Positions 36,444 to 46,743 are shown, counted from the stretch's first letter. The stretch is DNA of 64,000 nucleotides from Candidatus Poribacteria bacterium (GCA_965198235.1 OZ240248.1:1952001-2016000); one strand, 5' to 3'. Notes: a model not told the origin generated them from the letters alone. Numbers and translations are program-made.

Positions 36444-37664
36444 TTAATTGCTCATTTTTTGAAATTCACAGTAACTCTCATACCGAAACTTCGAGATGTC
36501 CCCTTTTTTCAGAGCATCTTCCACTCTGCAACCTTCCTCGTAAATATGCGTGCAATGATTTTTCATACAACGCTCTCGTAGTGAGTTCATCTCTGGAAAA
36601 TAGCGGTCCATCAAGCGAGGCTCGATGTCCCAGAAGTGCAACTCGCGAAGCCCCGGTGTGTCGGCGATAAAACCACCGAAATCCAAGTTGTAAAGTTGGG
36701 TTGCAACGGTCGTGTGTCTTCCGCCCCGTCTCGGATTCACTTCGTTCGTTTTCAATTTCAAATTGGGTTGAATGGCGTTCAGAAGTGACGATTTTCCGAC
36801 CCCGGATAATCCAGTGAGTGCTGAAATCTTTCCTCTCATCCACGCTTTCAAATCCTCGATTCCCTCGCCAGTCGTTGCACTCGTAAGGGTTGTCCGATAA
36901 CCGATTTTCTGATAAACTGCGGCTATCGGATCCACTTCCGATCGGTTTTTGAGCATGTCAATTTTATTGAAACAGATAAGTGGTTCAATTCCTGATGCCT
37001 CGGCGATAACAAGGAACCTGTCCAGCATTCGCTGCCAGATTGGTGGTTCTTTTACAGAAGAAACGATGATGAGCCCATCAAGATTCGGAATCAGAATAAC
37101 GCCTTTGGATTGTGTTCCCCCTCGTTTAAATTGGCTCTTGCGCCGCAGAACGGCTCCAATCGTACCATGCGTTTCATCAATCACCTGAATTTTGACGCGG
37201 TCCCCAACATAGACCTGCTGATTTGTGCTAAATGCATCTCGTTTTCCGCGTAGCGAACATTGATATCGATTCGCATCGCACTGCACGATGTAAACACCGT
37301 TGCTCGCACGCATCACGATACCCTCGGGAAGTCCGATCAATTTTTCGTTATCGAAAAGATAGCCTGTCCGTTTGAGGAGTTCCTCGTCCGGTATAATTCG
37401 TGCGGCTTTGATGGCACTAAGATGCCTGACCCGGTCTTTGACAAGCATCTTCTCTGATTTGAGGAGCAAAGCGACAACGACTGGTTTGTCTTCGTCATCA
37501 CCAAGCGCGTTCTCCGCGTCCCGAATCGCTGGATTCATACCGAGATAAACCTTGCTATAGGTGACACGCTCTCGCCAATCAAAAGCCGAGTAATCGCCTG
37601 CAATAATCTTTTCCGCTTCGATTAAAGTTGTGCCTGCGTAAACAGACATTGCCATAGGTTTCAA
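36444..37664 (-). CDS. rsgA: RsgA ribosome small-subunit-dependent GTPase with an extra ~110-aa N-terminal domain
   Basis: OB fold (VGDRV), circularly permuted NKID / GLSGVGKSS / GRHTT / DTPG, C-x4-C-x-H-x5-C zinc finger. Confidence 0.9.
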   Translation of the reverse strand: MKPMAMSVYAGTTLIEAEKIIAGDYSAFDWRERVTYSKVYLGMNPAIRDAENALGDDEDKPVVVALLLKSEKMLVKDRVRHLSAIKAARIIPDEELLKRTGYLFDNEKLIGLPEGIVMRASNGVYIVQCDANRYQCSLRGKRDAFSTNQQVYVGDRVKIQVIDETHGTIGAVLRRKSQFKRGGTQSKGVILIPNLDGLIIVSSVKEPPIWQRMLDRFLVIAEASGIEPLICFNKIDMLKNRSEVDPIAAVYQKIGYRTTLTSATTGEGIEDLKAWMRGKISALTGLSGVGKSSLLNAIQPNLKLKTNEVNPRRGGRHTTVATQLYNLDFGGFIADTPGLRELHFWDIEPRLMDRYFPEMNSLRERCMKNHCTHIYEEGCRVEDALKKGDISKFRYESYCEFQKMSN

Positions 37665-38031
37665 TTACCTTTGTTTTGTCTACCCCAAATCACCGCGAAT
37701 TTTCGCGAATGATTCAAAGGAACGTTCGTTAAGACTCTGATAAAACGTGATAATCTTTCACTTACATACAATTTTGGATGCACTTTAGGGAGCATCGCGT
37801 GAACGATTCAAGGTTCTTTCGCTGCAACTAACCTGACATTGTAAAGCGTCACATGTAGTTTGCTATGCCCTGATTTCATAGAAAGTGTAAAAAGCTTCAA
37901 TAGAGCATTCCGGACGCAAAATCTGATTTAAAAAATAATCTAATAAAAGTTTAACCCAGAGGTTTTAAAGGGAATCACTTTAAATTAAAGAGCTACAAAA
38001 CAATAGGATTCACGCAGTGTGCTGATTTTTC

Positions 38032-38060
38032 TTGACGTGTTTTACGAAATTGGTTATTCT
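38032..38060 (+). promoter_or_regulatory. Sigma70-type promoter in the AT-rich divergent intergenic region
   Basis: TTGACG-17 bp-TATTCT upstream of the oxidoreductase. Confidence 0.45.
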
Positions 38061-38231
38061 TTTGATGAGCGAAGAATTGATCGAATGCGATAGAAGGATC
38101 CATCGAATCACTGTTTAACATTTAACGAAAAACCTTGGAATTTTGTAGCCGAGGTAACTAACAAATTTTTTGTTGAATGATCTGAGTTCTATGAGTTTCA
38201 TTTCAATTGATTGAGGATAAGGAGAATACCG

Positions 38232-39311
38232 ATGAAAACATATCGTGCCGCTGTTATCGGTTGTAGCCGGATGGGTGCATTTATTGATAACGAAGTCCCC
38301 GATTACGAAGCGATTAAGTTACCTTATTCCCATGCTGCGGGCTATTTTGCCGAAGAACGAACTGATCTGGTCGCATGTGCGGATCTGCGTCCAGAAGTGA
38401 TGGAACATTTTGGAAACCGATATAATGTTCCAAAAGCGAATCAATACACCGATTATCGTGACATGCTTGAAAAAGAACAGCCTGATATTGTCAGTGTTGC
38501 CACACAACCCGAGCATCGCGCAGAAATTGTTATTTACGCAGCAGCGCACGGCGTGAAAGCCATCTATGCAGAAAAGGCGATGGCGGCTTCTATGGACGAA
38601 GCAGCAGCCATGGTATCTGCGGTAGAACAAAACAAGGTCGCCTTTAACCTTGGCACAAATCGCCGGTGGCATACAGGTTTTGACAAGATGAAAGAGATCA
38701 TTGACAGTGGTGAAATTGGTAACCTACGCACCTTGATTATCTATTCAAACAGTACGCTTTTCAACTCAGCCAGTCATAACTTCGATCTAATTTTACGTTT
38801 GAATAGCGATGCGTCTGCGAGTTGGATCACAGGTTATCTTCCACAAGGCGATTCGGTTTTTGATGGGAATGTGCTGCAAGCTGATCCGGCTGGGGCGGGA
38901 ACAATCCAGTTTGAAAATGGTGTGATGGCACACGCACTGCTAACGCCACGTAGTAGTGAATGGGAAGCAATTTGTGATGGCGGAACCGTTACATGCTGGA
39001 ACAACGGTTGGCAGTGGCATCTCCGTAAACAGCAAGATGTACCCGGGTGGAGGACATGTCAGGTACCTGAAACCTTTCCTGCATTTGAACGCGCCAGTAG
39101 CACAGCAAACTTGGTTAAAGACCTTGTTCACGCATTAGATACAGGGCAACCGACCCGAGGCGGAGTCCGGTGCGCGTATGCCAGCACTGAACTGATTTTT
39201 GGCATAATTGAATCGCATCTACACAACGGCGCACGTATTGAACTGCCGTTGAAAGACTCAAGAATCCGTTTACAAAGAAACCCGTCTGCAAGACAACCAC
39301 GGGTCGAGTAA
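38232..39311 (+). CDS. Gfo/Idh/MocA family oxidoreductase
   Basis: AAVIGCSRMG, YTDYRDMLEKEQPDIVSVAT, AEKAMA; AAGGAG RBS before ATG 38232. Confidence 0.92.
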   Translation: MKTYRAAVIGCSRMGAFIDNEVPDYEAIKLPYSHAAGYFAEERTDLVACADLRPEVMEHFGNRYNVPKANQYTDYRDMLEKEQPDIVSVATQPEHRAEIVIYAAAHGVKAIYAEKAMAASMDEAAAMVSAVEQNKVAFNLGTNRRWHTGFDKMKEIIDSGEIGNLRTLIIYSNSTLFNSASHNFDLILRLNSDASASWITGYLPQGDSVFDGNVLQADPAGAGTIQFENGVMAHALLTPRSSEWEAICDGGTVTCWNNGWQWHLRKQQDVPGWRTCQVPETFPAFERASSTANLVKDLVHALDTGQPTRGGVRCAYASTELIFGIIESHLHNGARIELPLKDSRIRLQRNPSARQPRVE

Positions 39312-39372
39312 TCATAGCAAGCCTGGAAGTGTACTCCTTATAACGGATTGAAGATTCAGACAATTTTGGGTG

Positions 39373-40320
39373 TCAATCAAGAACTTCAAGGGACGCTTGC
39401 CGAATATCGTCCAATTCTTCAGCACTGAAGACACCCGCTCGGTAGAGATTCCGGTACTCTTCGGAGACGCTCTGACCGAATATCATCAGATCGTCCGTGT
39501 TAATCGTCACGGGTACGCCGTTGTCATATAAGGCGCGAATCGGATGGGAGGCAAGATCGGACACACCACCCAACATCACGTTGCTCGTTGGACATACGTT
39601 CAATTGTATCTGATTTTCAGACAACCATTGCATCACTTCAACCGATTCTGCAGCACCGATGCCGTGCTGTACCTCGTCTAAATTCAAGACTTCGACGGTT
39701 CGTCGGACCTCTTCCGCCCCACCGAACTCCCCGACATGTGCTTTGCGCTTCATCCCCGCAGCGCGTGCCTTGACATATAAGGACTGGACGGCTTCAGGAT
39801 CACATGCCTCTTGATGGCTATACAGATCAATCGACTGGAATATGTTTAATTCTGTTGCTTCGTGCGCCAATTTCATCCATTTTGGGTCGTCAGCACACTC
39901 CCGCGCAAAACCGAGTTCAGGACGCAAATCAATCTGTTCACGATACCGCTCAACTAACATTTCAATAAATGAACGAAGTTCGGCCAATCCATCTGGATAG
40001 AACTTAACTAACCGGATGTCGAAACTCATTTCAAGGATAACAACACCATCTTGGACTGCATCATTCATCGCTGACACCGCAATGAACTCAAAACCTTGGC
40101 GGTGGTTTAAGTGAGGGTCTAAAGCAGCATCTATGTATTCCATCATCCCGCCAAGTCCTTTCATTTTGAGAGGTGGTTTGGTTAGCGGATGTCCGAGCCA
40201 ACGCTCTGCATTCTCTCGACGTGTACTTAAAAAAGAATGGGAGTGAACGTCGATTTTAGGGGCTGCTCTTATAGCGGTCAAGTTATCTGTGGAGAGTGCT
40301 TCAACGAAATCAGTAGACAT
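39373..40320 (-). CDS. Adenosine deaminase family protein
   Basis: PKIDVHSH, AHVGE, VQHGI, CPTSN, TINTDD; start moved to ATG 40320 because the longer ORF begins inside a REP. Confidence 0.88.
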   Translation of the reverse strand: MSTDFVEALSTDNLTAIRAAPKIDVHSHSFLSTRRENAERWLGHPLTKPPLKMKGLGGMMEYIDAALDPHLNHRQGFEFIAVSAMNDAVQDGVVILEMSFDIRLVKFYPDGLAELRSFIEMLVERYREQIDLRPELGFARECADDPKWMKLAHEATELNIFQSIDLYSHQEACDPEAVQSLYVKARAAGMKRKAHVGEFGGAEEVRRTVEVLNLDEVQHGIGAAESVEVMQWLSENQIQLNVCPTSNVMLGGVSDLASHPIRALYDNGVPVTINTDDLMIFGQSVSEEYRNLYRAGVFSAEELDDIRQASLEVLD

Positions 40321-40350
40321 AATATCAAATTCAGAAGTATAAGGAGTGGC

Positions 40351-40506
40351 GTAGGTTGGGTTGAACGAAACTAAGAAGGACGATGTTGCCACCGCAAAGG
40401 GGTCTCAACTCCAATATCCCGTCATATAGACTCAAGGAGGGAGTGAAACCCAACTTCATACCGTCATATCTTGGCAACACGATATGAAAAGCGTTGGGTT
40501 TCACTC
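40351..40506. repeat. Expanded GTAG REP (GTAGGTTGGGTTGAACG...GAGTGAAACCCAAC...GTTGGGTTTCACTC)
   Basis: 14-bp perfect inverted repeat GAGTGAAACCCAAC / GTTGGGTTTCACTC and a GTAG start. Confidence 0.7.
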
Positions 40507-40581
40507 AGTATCTATCTGATATGACGTGTATAGGTAGAAGCTTATTTTTCTGTAAACTGTAAGATTCTTGTGGGACAGGAC

Positions 40582-41355
40582 CTATATCTCTTTCTTCGCG
40601 ACAACGGCAAAACTGACGTTGTAAGCCATTTCATGTGTCCAACTCCCCGGCGCAGCGTCAATATCTGGCTGGGTCCAAGAACGTTCCTCAACCCGCTCAA
40701 TCCGAAAACCGTTGTCCAAGAGTCCGTTAAATATATCGCCAAGGTAGTGTCGAAAGTCGAATGCGCCGTCTGAATACCTGAAAACGCGCTCAGAATACGG
40801 CTCGGTAACACGATAGGATTCACCATCCCATTCCCAAAAATGATTGGCAGGATTGCCAAAATCCACGCGATACTGACCTCCCGGACGGATGATTCTTGAT
40901 ACACCGCTATACACTTCATGGACAGATGGAACCCAGTTCATGGAAGGTCCTTGATAGACGAGGTCAAATGATGCGTCTTCAATTGCGGACAAATCGCGGA
41001 TATTGAGGCGATGCGTTTCCATCTGATAGCCGTAATGCTTCGCGGCAGTAATGTCCCCGTCAAGCTGACCTTGCGTAAAATCAATGACAGTTACACGGGC
41101 GTCAAGCAGACCGAACACCGCTGACTGTTGTCCGCCACCTGCGGCGAGACACAACACGTCCTTGTGTGCAACATCCTTGAGCAGATATACGGGGTAAATT
41201 TGGTAGAGATGGTACGGAACTGAGTCAAGCCGATCCTCAGTATACTTTAGAATCTCATCTCTATCAAGGTCGAGCCATGGGACGGTAAAGCCGTTCTTCC
41301 TTAATACCTCGGCTTCCCAATGCGCTCGATTAGCAATAGTGATTTCGTCATTCAT
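40582..41355 (-). CDS. Class I SAM-dependent methyltransferase
   Basis: VLCLAAGGGQQ, VTVID, SFDLV. Confidence 0.88.
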   Translation of the reverse strand: MNDEITIANRAHWEAEVLRKNGFTVPWLDLDRDEILKYTEDRLDSVPYHLYQIYPVYLLKDVAHKDVLCLAAGGGQQSAVFGLLDARVTVIDFTQGQLDGDITAAKHYGYQMETHRLNIRDLSAIEDASFDLVYQGPSMNWVPSVHEVYSGVSRIIRPGGQYRVDFGNPANHFWEWDGESYRVTEPYSERVFRYSDGAFDFRHYLGDIFNGLLDNGFRIERVEERSWTQPDIDAAPGSWTHEMAYNVSFAVVAKKEI

Positions 41356-41386
41356 TGGGTTTCATAATAAGGTCTCCAGAGATACT

Positions 41387-42094
41387 TCAACTGGATTCAT
41401 CCATCGATAAATATGACCTTGCTCCATTTATAGACAAATCGGCTCTTTCATAAGGCAAATGAGTTTTAACATAGTCATCTTCTTTCGGCATCCAATCCTG
41501 TTCCCAAATGGTGCGTGCCTCTTCTCCATCTCGCGCAATGCCACGGGCAAGACGGATTGCTCTGGGGCACTTCACCCATATTTTCAAATCGTATAGATCC
41601 GTTAACTCACACCTCATCGTATAGACACCCTCAACAAGCACCACGTCAGACGTAGAAATTGTATGCCACTCTGTAAGGACATCTGCCTCCCAATCGTATC
41701 GCTGGTAATAGACTAACCGTCCCTCTCTGACGGGAATGAGCACCTGATCGCGTAGACGCTCCCAATCAAAGTCGCAGCCAATCATCCCTGCTTGCTGGTT
41801 TTCACGTTGATCAGAAGGGTGGTAAAAATCATCATGCTTAACGACAGTCACGACCCAACCCAAAGTACTTAGCTGTTGTTCCAACAGTCGCGCCAAAGTA
41901 CTTTTTCCAGCACCGCCAAGTCCATCAATAGCCACAAGCAGACAGGCTCTTTGACGTTGGAGCATCTTCAAACAATTTACGATGTTCGCGGGCGACTTGA
42001 AATCCACGTCTCCGGTTCCCTTCTGTTTGAGATCCAGACAAATCTGCGAGGTCTGCAAAGTAATTATGTAGACCGCAGGACTATCCACAGTCAA
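41387..42094 (-). CDS. Uridine kinase-like P-loop kinase
   Basis: AIDGLGGAGKST, HDDFY, YQRYDW, VEGVY, RGIARDG; start uncertain. Confidence 0.85.
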   Translation of the reverse strand: MTVDSPAVYIITLQTSQICLDLKQKGTGDVDFKSPANIVNCLKMLQRQRACLLVAIDGLGGAGKSTLARLLEQQLSTLGWVVTVVKHDDFYHPSDQRENQQAGMIGCDFDWERLRDQVLIPVREGRLVYYQRYDWEADVLTEWHTISTSDVVLVEGVYTMRCELTDLYDLKIWVKCPRAIRLARGIARDGEEARTIWEQDWMPKEDDYVKTHLPYERADLSINGARSYLSMDESS

Positions 42095-42522
42095 AAGAAC
42101 GTATCCTCTTTGATTCCCCAGATGGCAGGAGAGGTGATTTCTACACTGTTCTCCGATGGATCGCGAAAGTAGATGGACCTACCACCGTCCCAACAAATCT
42201 CTTTTTCAATCTCTATCCCTTGCGCCACAAGATGTTCCTTCCATTGGTCGATTTCATGGTCTCGTACAGCAAAGGCTATGTGCCCCTCCCCTCTCATCCC
42301 GTGTTCGGGCGCATCAAGGGGACCGTCTCCAGAATCAATCGTCGCTTCTGCATCGAAAAGTAGCACCAATCGATCGCCGCACCGGAGGAAAACATGACGC
42401 TCCGCCATTTTTGAATTCAGAGAAAGCCCCAAGATTTTTGTATAAAAGTGTTCAGCAGCAGCCAGATCTGTTACATATAGAGCAACTTCAAGAATCTCTG
42501 AAACTTTTAAGTTTGGAGTCAT
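42091..42522 (-). CDS. VOC/glyoxalase family protein
   Basis: EVALYVTDL..AEHFY..ILGL, HIAF, SIYFRDPSEN.VE. Confidence 0.9.
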   Translation of the reverse strand: MTPNLKVSEILEVALYVTDLAAAEHFYTKILGLSLNSKMAERHVFLRCGDRLVLLFDAEATIDSGDGPLDAPEHGMRGEGHIAFAVRDHEIDQWKEHLVAQGIEIEKEICWDGGRSIYFRDPSENSVEITSPAIWGIKEDTFF

Positions 42523-42607
42523 AGGAACGTTCCTACTCAGGATTACATTATCAACGACAATGTATCCAGACGTAAGCTTGCAATTCGACTCAATCCACAA
42601 GGGCAAC

Positions 42608-43774
42608 TTAAGCCATTACACTCTCTATCCATGCCTCGTCAATTTCGAGACCGAAGCCGGGAGCATCCGATGGAGCAACATAGCCGTCTTTGATGACGGA
42701 AGTGCCGGGCAACTTGACCATCTCTTCAAGAGGCACACCGGGTGCAGAAACGCCTTCAGAGCGTTCACCCCACGTGATCGCAGGCATAGCAAACGCGAGG
42801 TGTTGACCATAGGGGTAGTTCATGCCGCCGTGCGTGATCACGGAGATGCCGTTTGCCTCTGCAATATGACAGATTTTGGCTGCAGCGGTAATGCCGCCAC
42901 ACCACAAAATATCTGGCTGGAAGATGTCGACCAACCGTCGTCCCGCCGCCTCCGCAAAGACGGTTGGCAGATACCAGTGTTCTCCCGTGGCGAGGGTTTG
43001 CCAAGGGAGGCGTTGACGCACCGTCTCATACCCAACAAAATCATCGGCACGGATATAGTCCTCCATCCACTTCAACCCGTAAGGCTTCATGGTTTCGCAG
43101 ACGCGCACCGTATGCTCTATGTCAAAACCGGTCCAAGCGTCCAACATTAAGTCAACCTCATCGCCGATCGCCTCCCGTGTCGTTGCTACCAATTCTTCAA
43201 GTTTCTGCAAGCCTTCTTTTCCTTGCTCAGGACCCCACGGTGTGAAGAGTTTTGTGGCTTTGAATCCGAGTTCCATATACCACTCCTGATCGAAGCCGGA
43301 GGCGTAGCAGAAAATCTTTTCTTTTTGCGGTCCGCCGAGTAGTTCGTAAACCGGTCGCCCCAAAATTTTGCCTTTGAGGTCCCACAAAGCACAATCAACC
43401 GCACTGATGGCGTAACTCGTCAAGCCGGTCGCGCCAAAGGCGGCTGACAATCGCACCATCATATCCCATATTTTCTCAGTCGCCATGCAATTTTCGCCAA
43501 CGAGAAAGGGCGCAAAGTGGTCTGAGATGATTCGGGTTACGGGACCGCCGTAAAGCGAGATGCCGAAGCCCCATGTTCCATCTTCTGCTGTTATAATGCA
43601 TGCCGGACGCTTCCATTCTGAATAGGAAACGTGTCCCTCTTTTCGATTGAATGACGGATAACGCGTAATGGGTCGATTCAATTGATATGTTCTGGATCGA
43701 CTCGGTGTACGTGGCGTTGTTGTCGGTTTTGGGTTTAGCTCGATTTCTACGACGCGGATTTCTTTAATTTTCAT
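42608..43774 (-). CDS. L-rhamnonate dehydratase-like enolase-superfamily enzyme
   Basis: AISAVDCALWDL.GK, YASG, LMLD, WMED, TGEH, QPD..WCGGIT, H. Confidence 0.85.
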   Translation of the reverse strand: MKIKEIRVVEIELNPKPTTTPRTPSRSRTYQLNRPITRYPSFNRKEGHVSYSEWKRPACIITAEDGTWGFGISLYGGPVTRIISDHFAPFLVGENCMATEKIWDMMVRLSAAFGATGLTSYAISAVDCALWDLKGKILGRPVYELLGGPQKEKIFCYASGFDQEWYMELGFKATKLFTPWGPEQGKEGLQKLEELVATTREAIGDEVDLMLDAWTGFDIEHTVRVCETMKPYGLKWMEDYIRADDFVGYETVRQRLPWQTLATGEHWYLPTVFAEAAGRRLVDIFQPDILWCGGITAAAKICHIAEANGISVITHGGMNYPYGQHLAFAMPAITWGERSEGVSAPGVPLEEMVKLPGTSVIKDGYVAPSDAPGFGLEIDEAWIESVMA

Positions 43775-43970
43775 AGAATCTCCTTTCTATACTGGATGAA
43801 GTTGCAGATACAGCAACTCTACTGATTATGGTGGCTTGACGAACCCAAACGGCCATAACCCTGAAATGTTCAAGTTTAATATACACCATCTTCAGAGAAA
43901 CGGCAACGGAGAAATTCGTGAGACAACAGATTTTGCTTGTATAATGATCTCCAAATAGGTTGAGAAAGGG

Positions 43971-44888
43971 TCAAATCTGTGAGGTGTATACGGATCGGAC
44001 ATCTTTGGACTGTCCTATCGAATTCCTGACCTGTTGGTAGGTACGCCCAATTTCAAAAACGAGAAGTCCGAACTGGAGTTTTTCTTCAATCGCAAGATCG
44101 TCTGTCTGATAGTGTTTCAAAACCATATCGATGATCTTCTTGGCTACCACACCATCGGGGGGCAAATCTGAATACATCTCTATAGCAAATTCGGATAGAT
44201 CTGCGGCAGGGTCGTGCATCACTGTATCAGCAAAATCGATAATAGCGAGTTGTTCAAGACTCCCCTGTACAAAAAACAGGTGGTTTATTTGGAGATCGCT
44301 GTGGATCACAGCCCATTTCTGATCTAAGGATTCTTGTAGACTTGCTAGCTTTTCATTCCATCGACTCGTATTGACTTCTGCTGTGTGTTTCTCAATAAAC
44401 GCGATCTGTTGCCTGGCCTCGCTAAGTGTCGCTGTAAAAGGATCATCTGCGCGTGGAATGTAGTCTAAGACCTCGTCCGGGAATTTGTGGCCATGCAGAA
44501 AGGAGAGGAAGGCTCCAAGAGATCTGCCAAAGGATTCTAACGCTCCAGGGGTAAATCCCTCAAGTGCTTCTATCGGTAGTGAAGCACCATCAATCCTTGA
44601 GAACATTGCGTAGAATCCTTGGTCGTGCACCATAATCGGTTTCGCTACAACGAAAGGCAACGACAATGCGTGCAGGTATGCTGTGAGTTTAGCCTCTTTT
44701 AGAAGTCCTGTTCGGTAGGCGTTGCGGGGAATTTTGAGAATGCTATCGTCACGGTAGTAGAAGGTAAGACTATCACCGCCCCGGTGGTGGTGAGATACAG
44801 GTTTCAGATCCTCAAGGGAGATATCAGTAGCGAATCTTTTAAGAAAATCGTATACGTTTTCGGCTTTAATCTCGGTTGTTTGATCCAT
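43971..44888 (-). CDS. Aminoglycoside phosphotransferase (APH/kinase-like) family protein
   Basis: ILKIP, LSFLH, IHSDL..NH, IIDFAD...DPA.DL. Confidence 0.85.
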   Translation of the reverse strand: MDQTTEIKAENVYDFLKRFATDISLEDLKPVSHHHRGGDSLTFYYRDDSILKIPRNAYRTGLLKEAKLTAYLHALSLPFVVAKPIMVHDQGFYAMFSRIDGASLPIEALEGFTPGALESFGRSLGAFLSFLHGHKFPDEVLDYIPRADDPFTATLSEARQQIAFIEKHTAEVNTSRWNEKLASLQESLDQKWAVIHSDLQINHLFFVQGSLEQLAIIDFADTVMHDPAADLSEFAIEMYSDLPPDGVVAKKIIDMVLKHYQTDDLAIEEKLQFGLLVFEIGRTYQQVRNSIGQSKDVRSVYTSQI

Positions 44889-44938
44889 TACAATCCCTTT
44901 ACATCAAGCGAATCGAAAAAATCATCCACATCTGTCAA

Positions 44939-45862
44939 TTAGAGTTCAGCTGGCTTGATGTCGCCAAAGATTCGCTCCAACACCGTTCGGACTTCCTGAT
45001 GCTTTTCGTCCGTGTGTGAGACAGCGGGTGTTCGGAGTCGATGGTTCGGGTAAAGTCCGTGAAGATGGAGTGCCGATTTAATGCTCGGTAGCCACTCCAG
45101 TTTCGTTGCAGTCTTGAGCCAAGGTTCCTCATAACGAAACACGATCTCCTGTGCATCATCGTTTCGTCCTGTGGTCAGAGCCTTATAGAATTCCAACGCA
45201 ATGTCCGGTCGGAAGGGAGCGATCGTGCAGAGATACGCCGTTGAACCGATCGGGTAGCCGAACATGAAATTACGCATCTGTCCACCACTGACCACTGCAA
45301 AGTTTTCATCCGCAGTCGCGCGAATGATGTCATAGTAGGCATAGAACGGATGACCGTCGTTCTTGATGCCGACCACTTCCGTGCGTTTTGCTAACTCGGC
45401 AACGATGTCCACAGGGTAAGGGTCTTGCCATGCTCCCCAAACTAACAAAGGAATCGGTGCGGCATCCTGAATGCTATCGAAATAGCCAACAATGACCTCG
45501 CGCTTTACTCCTAATCCCGGATGAATCTGGACCTTGACCGCATCTACACCTGTGCTATCGCAGTGTTTCAAAAATTGTCGGCACTGCCCGGGGTGCCACC
45601 AGCCCGTTGAGGCGATGAACAGTGAACGACCTGATATTTCTTCTGCCAGTTCCGCAGTCAACTGCCAAATTTCTTCGTCTGTTAGGCTACAAAATTCGCT
45701 ACTGCCATACGTGAGGAGAATCACCGGAACGTTCTGCTCGCACAACCAGTTAACGTATTTCCGCATTGCGCTAATATCTAGCGAATCATCATCACCAAAG
45801 CAGGTATTCACCGGCACGACGGGACCTCTCAACTGTTCCACCACACGAATTGATCGCTCCAT
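44939..45862 (-). CDS. Dihydrodipicolinate synthase/NAL-family aldolase
   Basis: YGSSEF..LT.EE, VVGIKND Schiff-base Lys, R.P C-terminus. Confidence 0.85.
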   Translation of the reverse strand: MERSIRVVEQLRGPVVPVNTCFGDDDSLDISAMRKYVNWLCEQNVPVILLTYGSSEFCSLTDEEIWQLTAELAEEISGRSLFIASTGWWHPGQCRQFLKHCDSTGVDAVKVQIHPGLGVKREVIVGYFDSIQDAAPIPLLVWGAWQDPYPVDIVAELAKRTEVVGIKNDGHPFYAYYDIIRATADENFAVVSGGQMRNFMFGYPIGSTAYLCTIAPFRPDIALEFYKALTTGRNDDAQEIVFRYEEPWLKTATKLEWLPSIKSALHLHGLYPNHRLRTPAVSHTDEKHQEVRTVLERIFGDIKPAEL

Positions 45863-45878
45863 AAAGGCTTCCTCTCAT

Positions 45879-45934
45879 TTATCAAAAGTTTCCGAGACTA
45901 AAACCCAATGCTTTAGCTTTGGGATACAGTCTCG
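45879..45934. mobile_element. IS200/IS605 end hairpin
   Basis: TTATC then CGAGACT..CCCAA.GCTTTAGC.TTGGG..AGTCTCG nested hairpin, upstream of the tnpB remnant. Confidence 0.65.
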
Positions 45935-46102
45935 CCCTCGTGCATTAGACCGAGGCGTTATTCGTAAAAAAACCTTGATTTCGATGAGTGAATATGTTAT
46001 ACTATTTCTATCACGTTGGGCAGACATAATGAGCGTAACCGCAAGGTTACGTGTCTGCCTACCCACTCATTAGGGGTTAAAAGATGTGATACGTGAACTC
46101 TA

Positions 46103-46700
46103 ATGCGAAACACGAAACATAAACTCTTCCACGATACATATTGACAATGCTGAATATCTGTGGCGTTGTGCGAAATCATTTCAATGCACTTGAGCGAAGG
46201 TATTACCGTAGATATGGTAAAAATCTTTCGTATGGTAAAATGTCTAAGCACTTGACGAGCTCAAGAAACTTCCGCAATACAAGCATTGGAATATTCCGTA
46301 TGCGTGGAGTCTTCAAAACGTTCTCAAACGCTAGTTTCAGAGAAATCAGAACGTTGGGTTCCTCAAAGACACCGAATTCCGTAATCTCGATATTGTGTCC
46401 TGATACCATGCGCCAAACGAGTTCACCAAGGATCGTTCCGTCTTCTTCCAACAAACGAACTGTCGCGATAGCCTTGCAGGTAATCATTGGAAACTTGCGA
46501 TAGACTTGTGTCGTTCTTTTGATATTCTGTTCTTTGAAGACCTGAACCTTCGGGGCATGAAAAAACTGTGGGGAAAACAGGTCTCCGACCTTGCCTTTGG
46601 CGAGGCACCAATCTAAAAAACGCATACGCGCTGTGCTGAAGATTGACAATACGACAAAGTGCTGTTGTGTTTGTGATTACCATATAAAAACCTCTTGCCG
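46103..46700 (+). pseudogene. tnpB: Frameshifted, internally deleted IS200/IS605 tnpB
   Basis: Segments VRNHFNALERRYYRRYGK, LKKLPQYKHW..SLQNVLKR, HWKLA.DLC..FD.LFFEDLNLRGMKKLWGKQVSDLAFGE (RuvC-II), TTKCC.VC (Zn finger), interrupted by frameshifts and stops. Confidence 0.85.
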
Positions 46701-46743
46701 TAGCAAAAACCGCTGTGTTATATAGGACGTGAGATACTACTGT

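Noticed and set aside
37665-38231. AT-rich 560-bp intergenic region as a replication origin
   Set aside because: No clustered TTATCCACA-type DnaA boxes and no dnaA/gidA neighbours; consistent with a divergent promoter region
40321-40392. N-terminal extension of the adenosine deaminase (MATSSFLVSFNPTY...)
   Set aside because: Encoded by the REP repeat; the real start is probably ATG 40320
46141-46683. ORFs 46141-46503 (+), 46203-46649 (-) and 46423-46683 (-) as real genes
   Set aside because: Explained as pieces or antisense frames of the tnpB pseudogene
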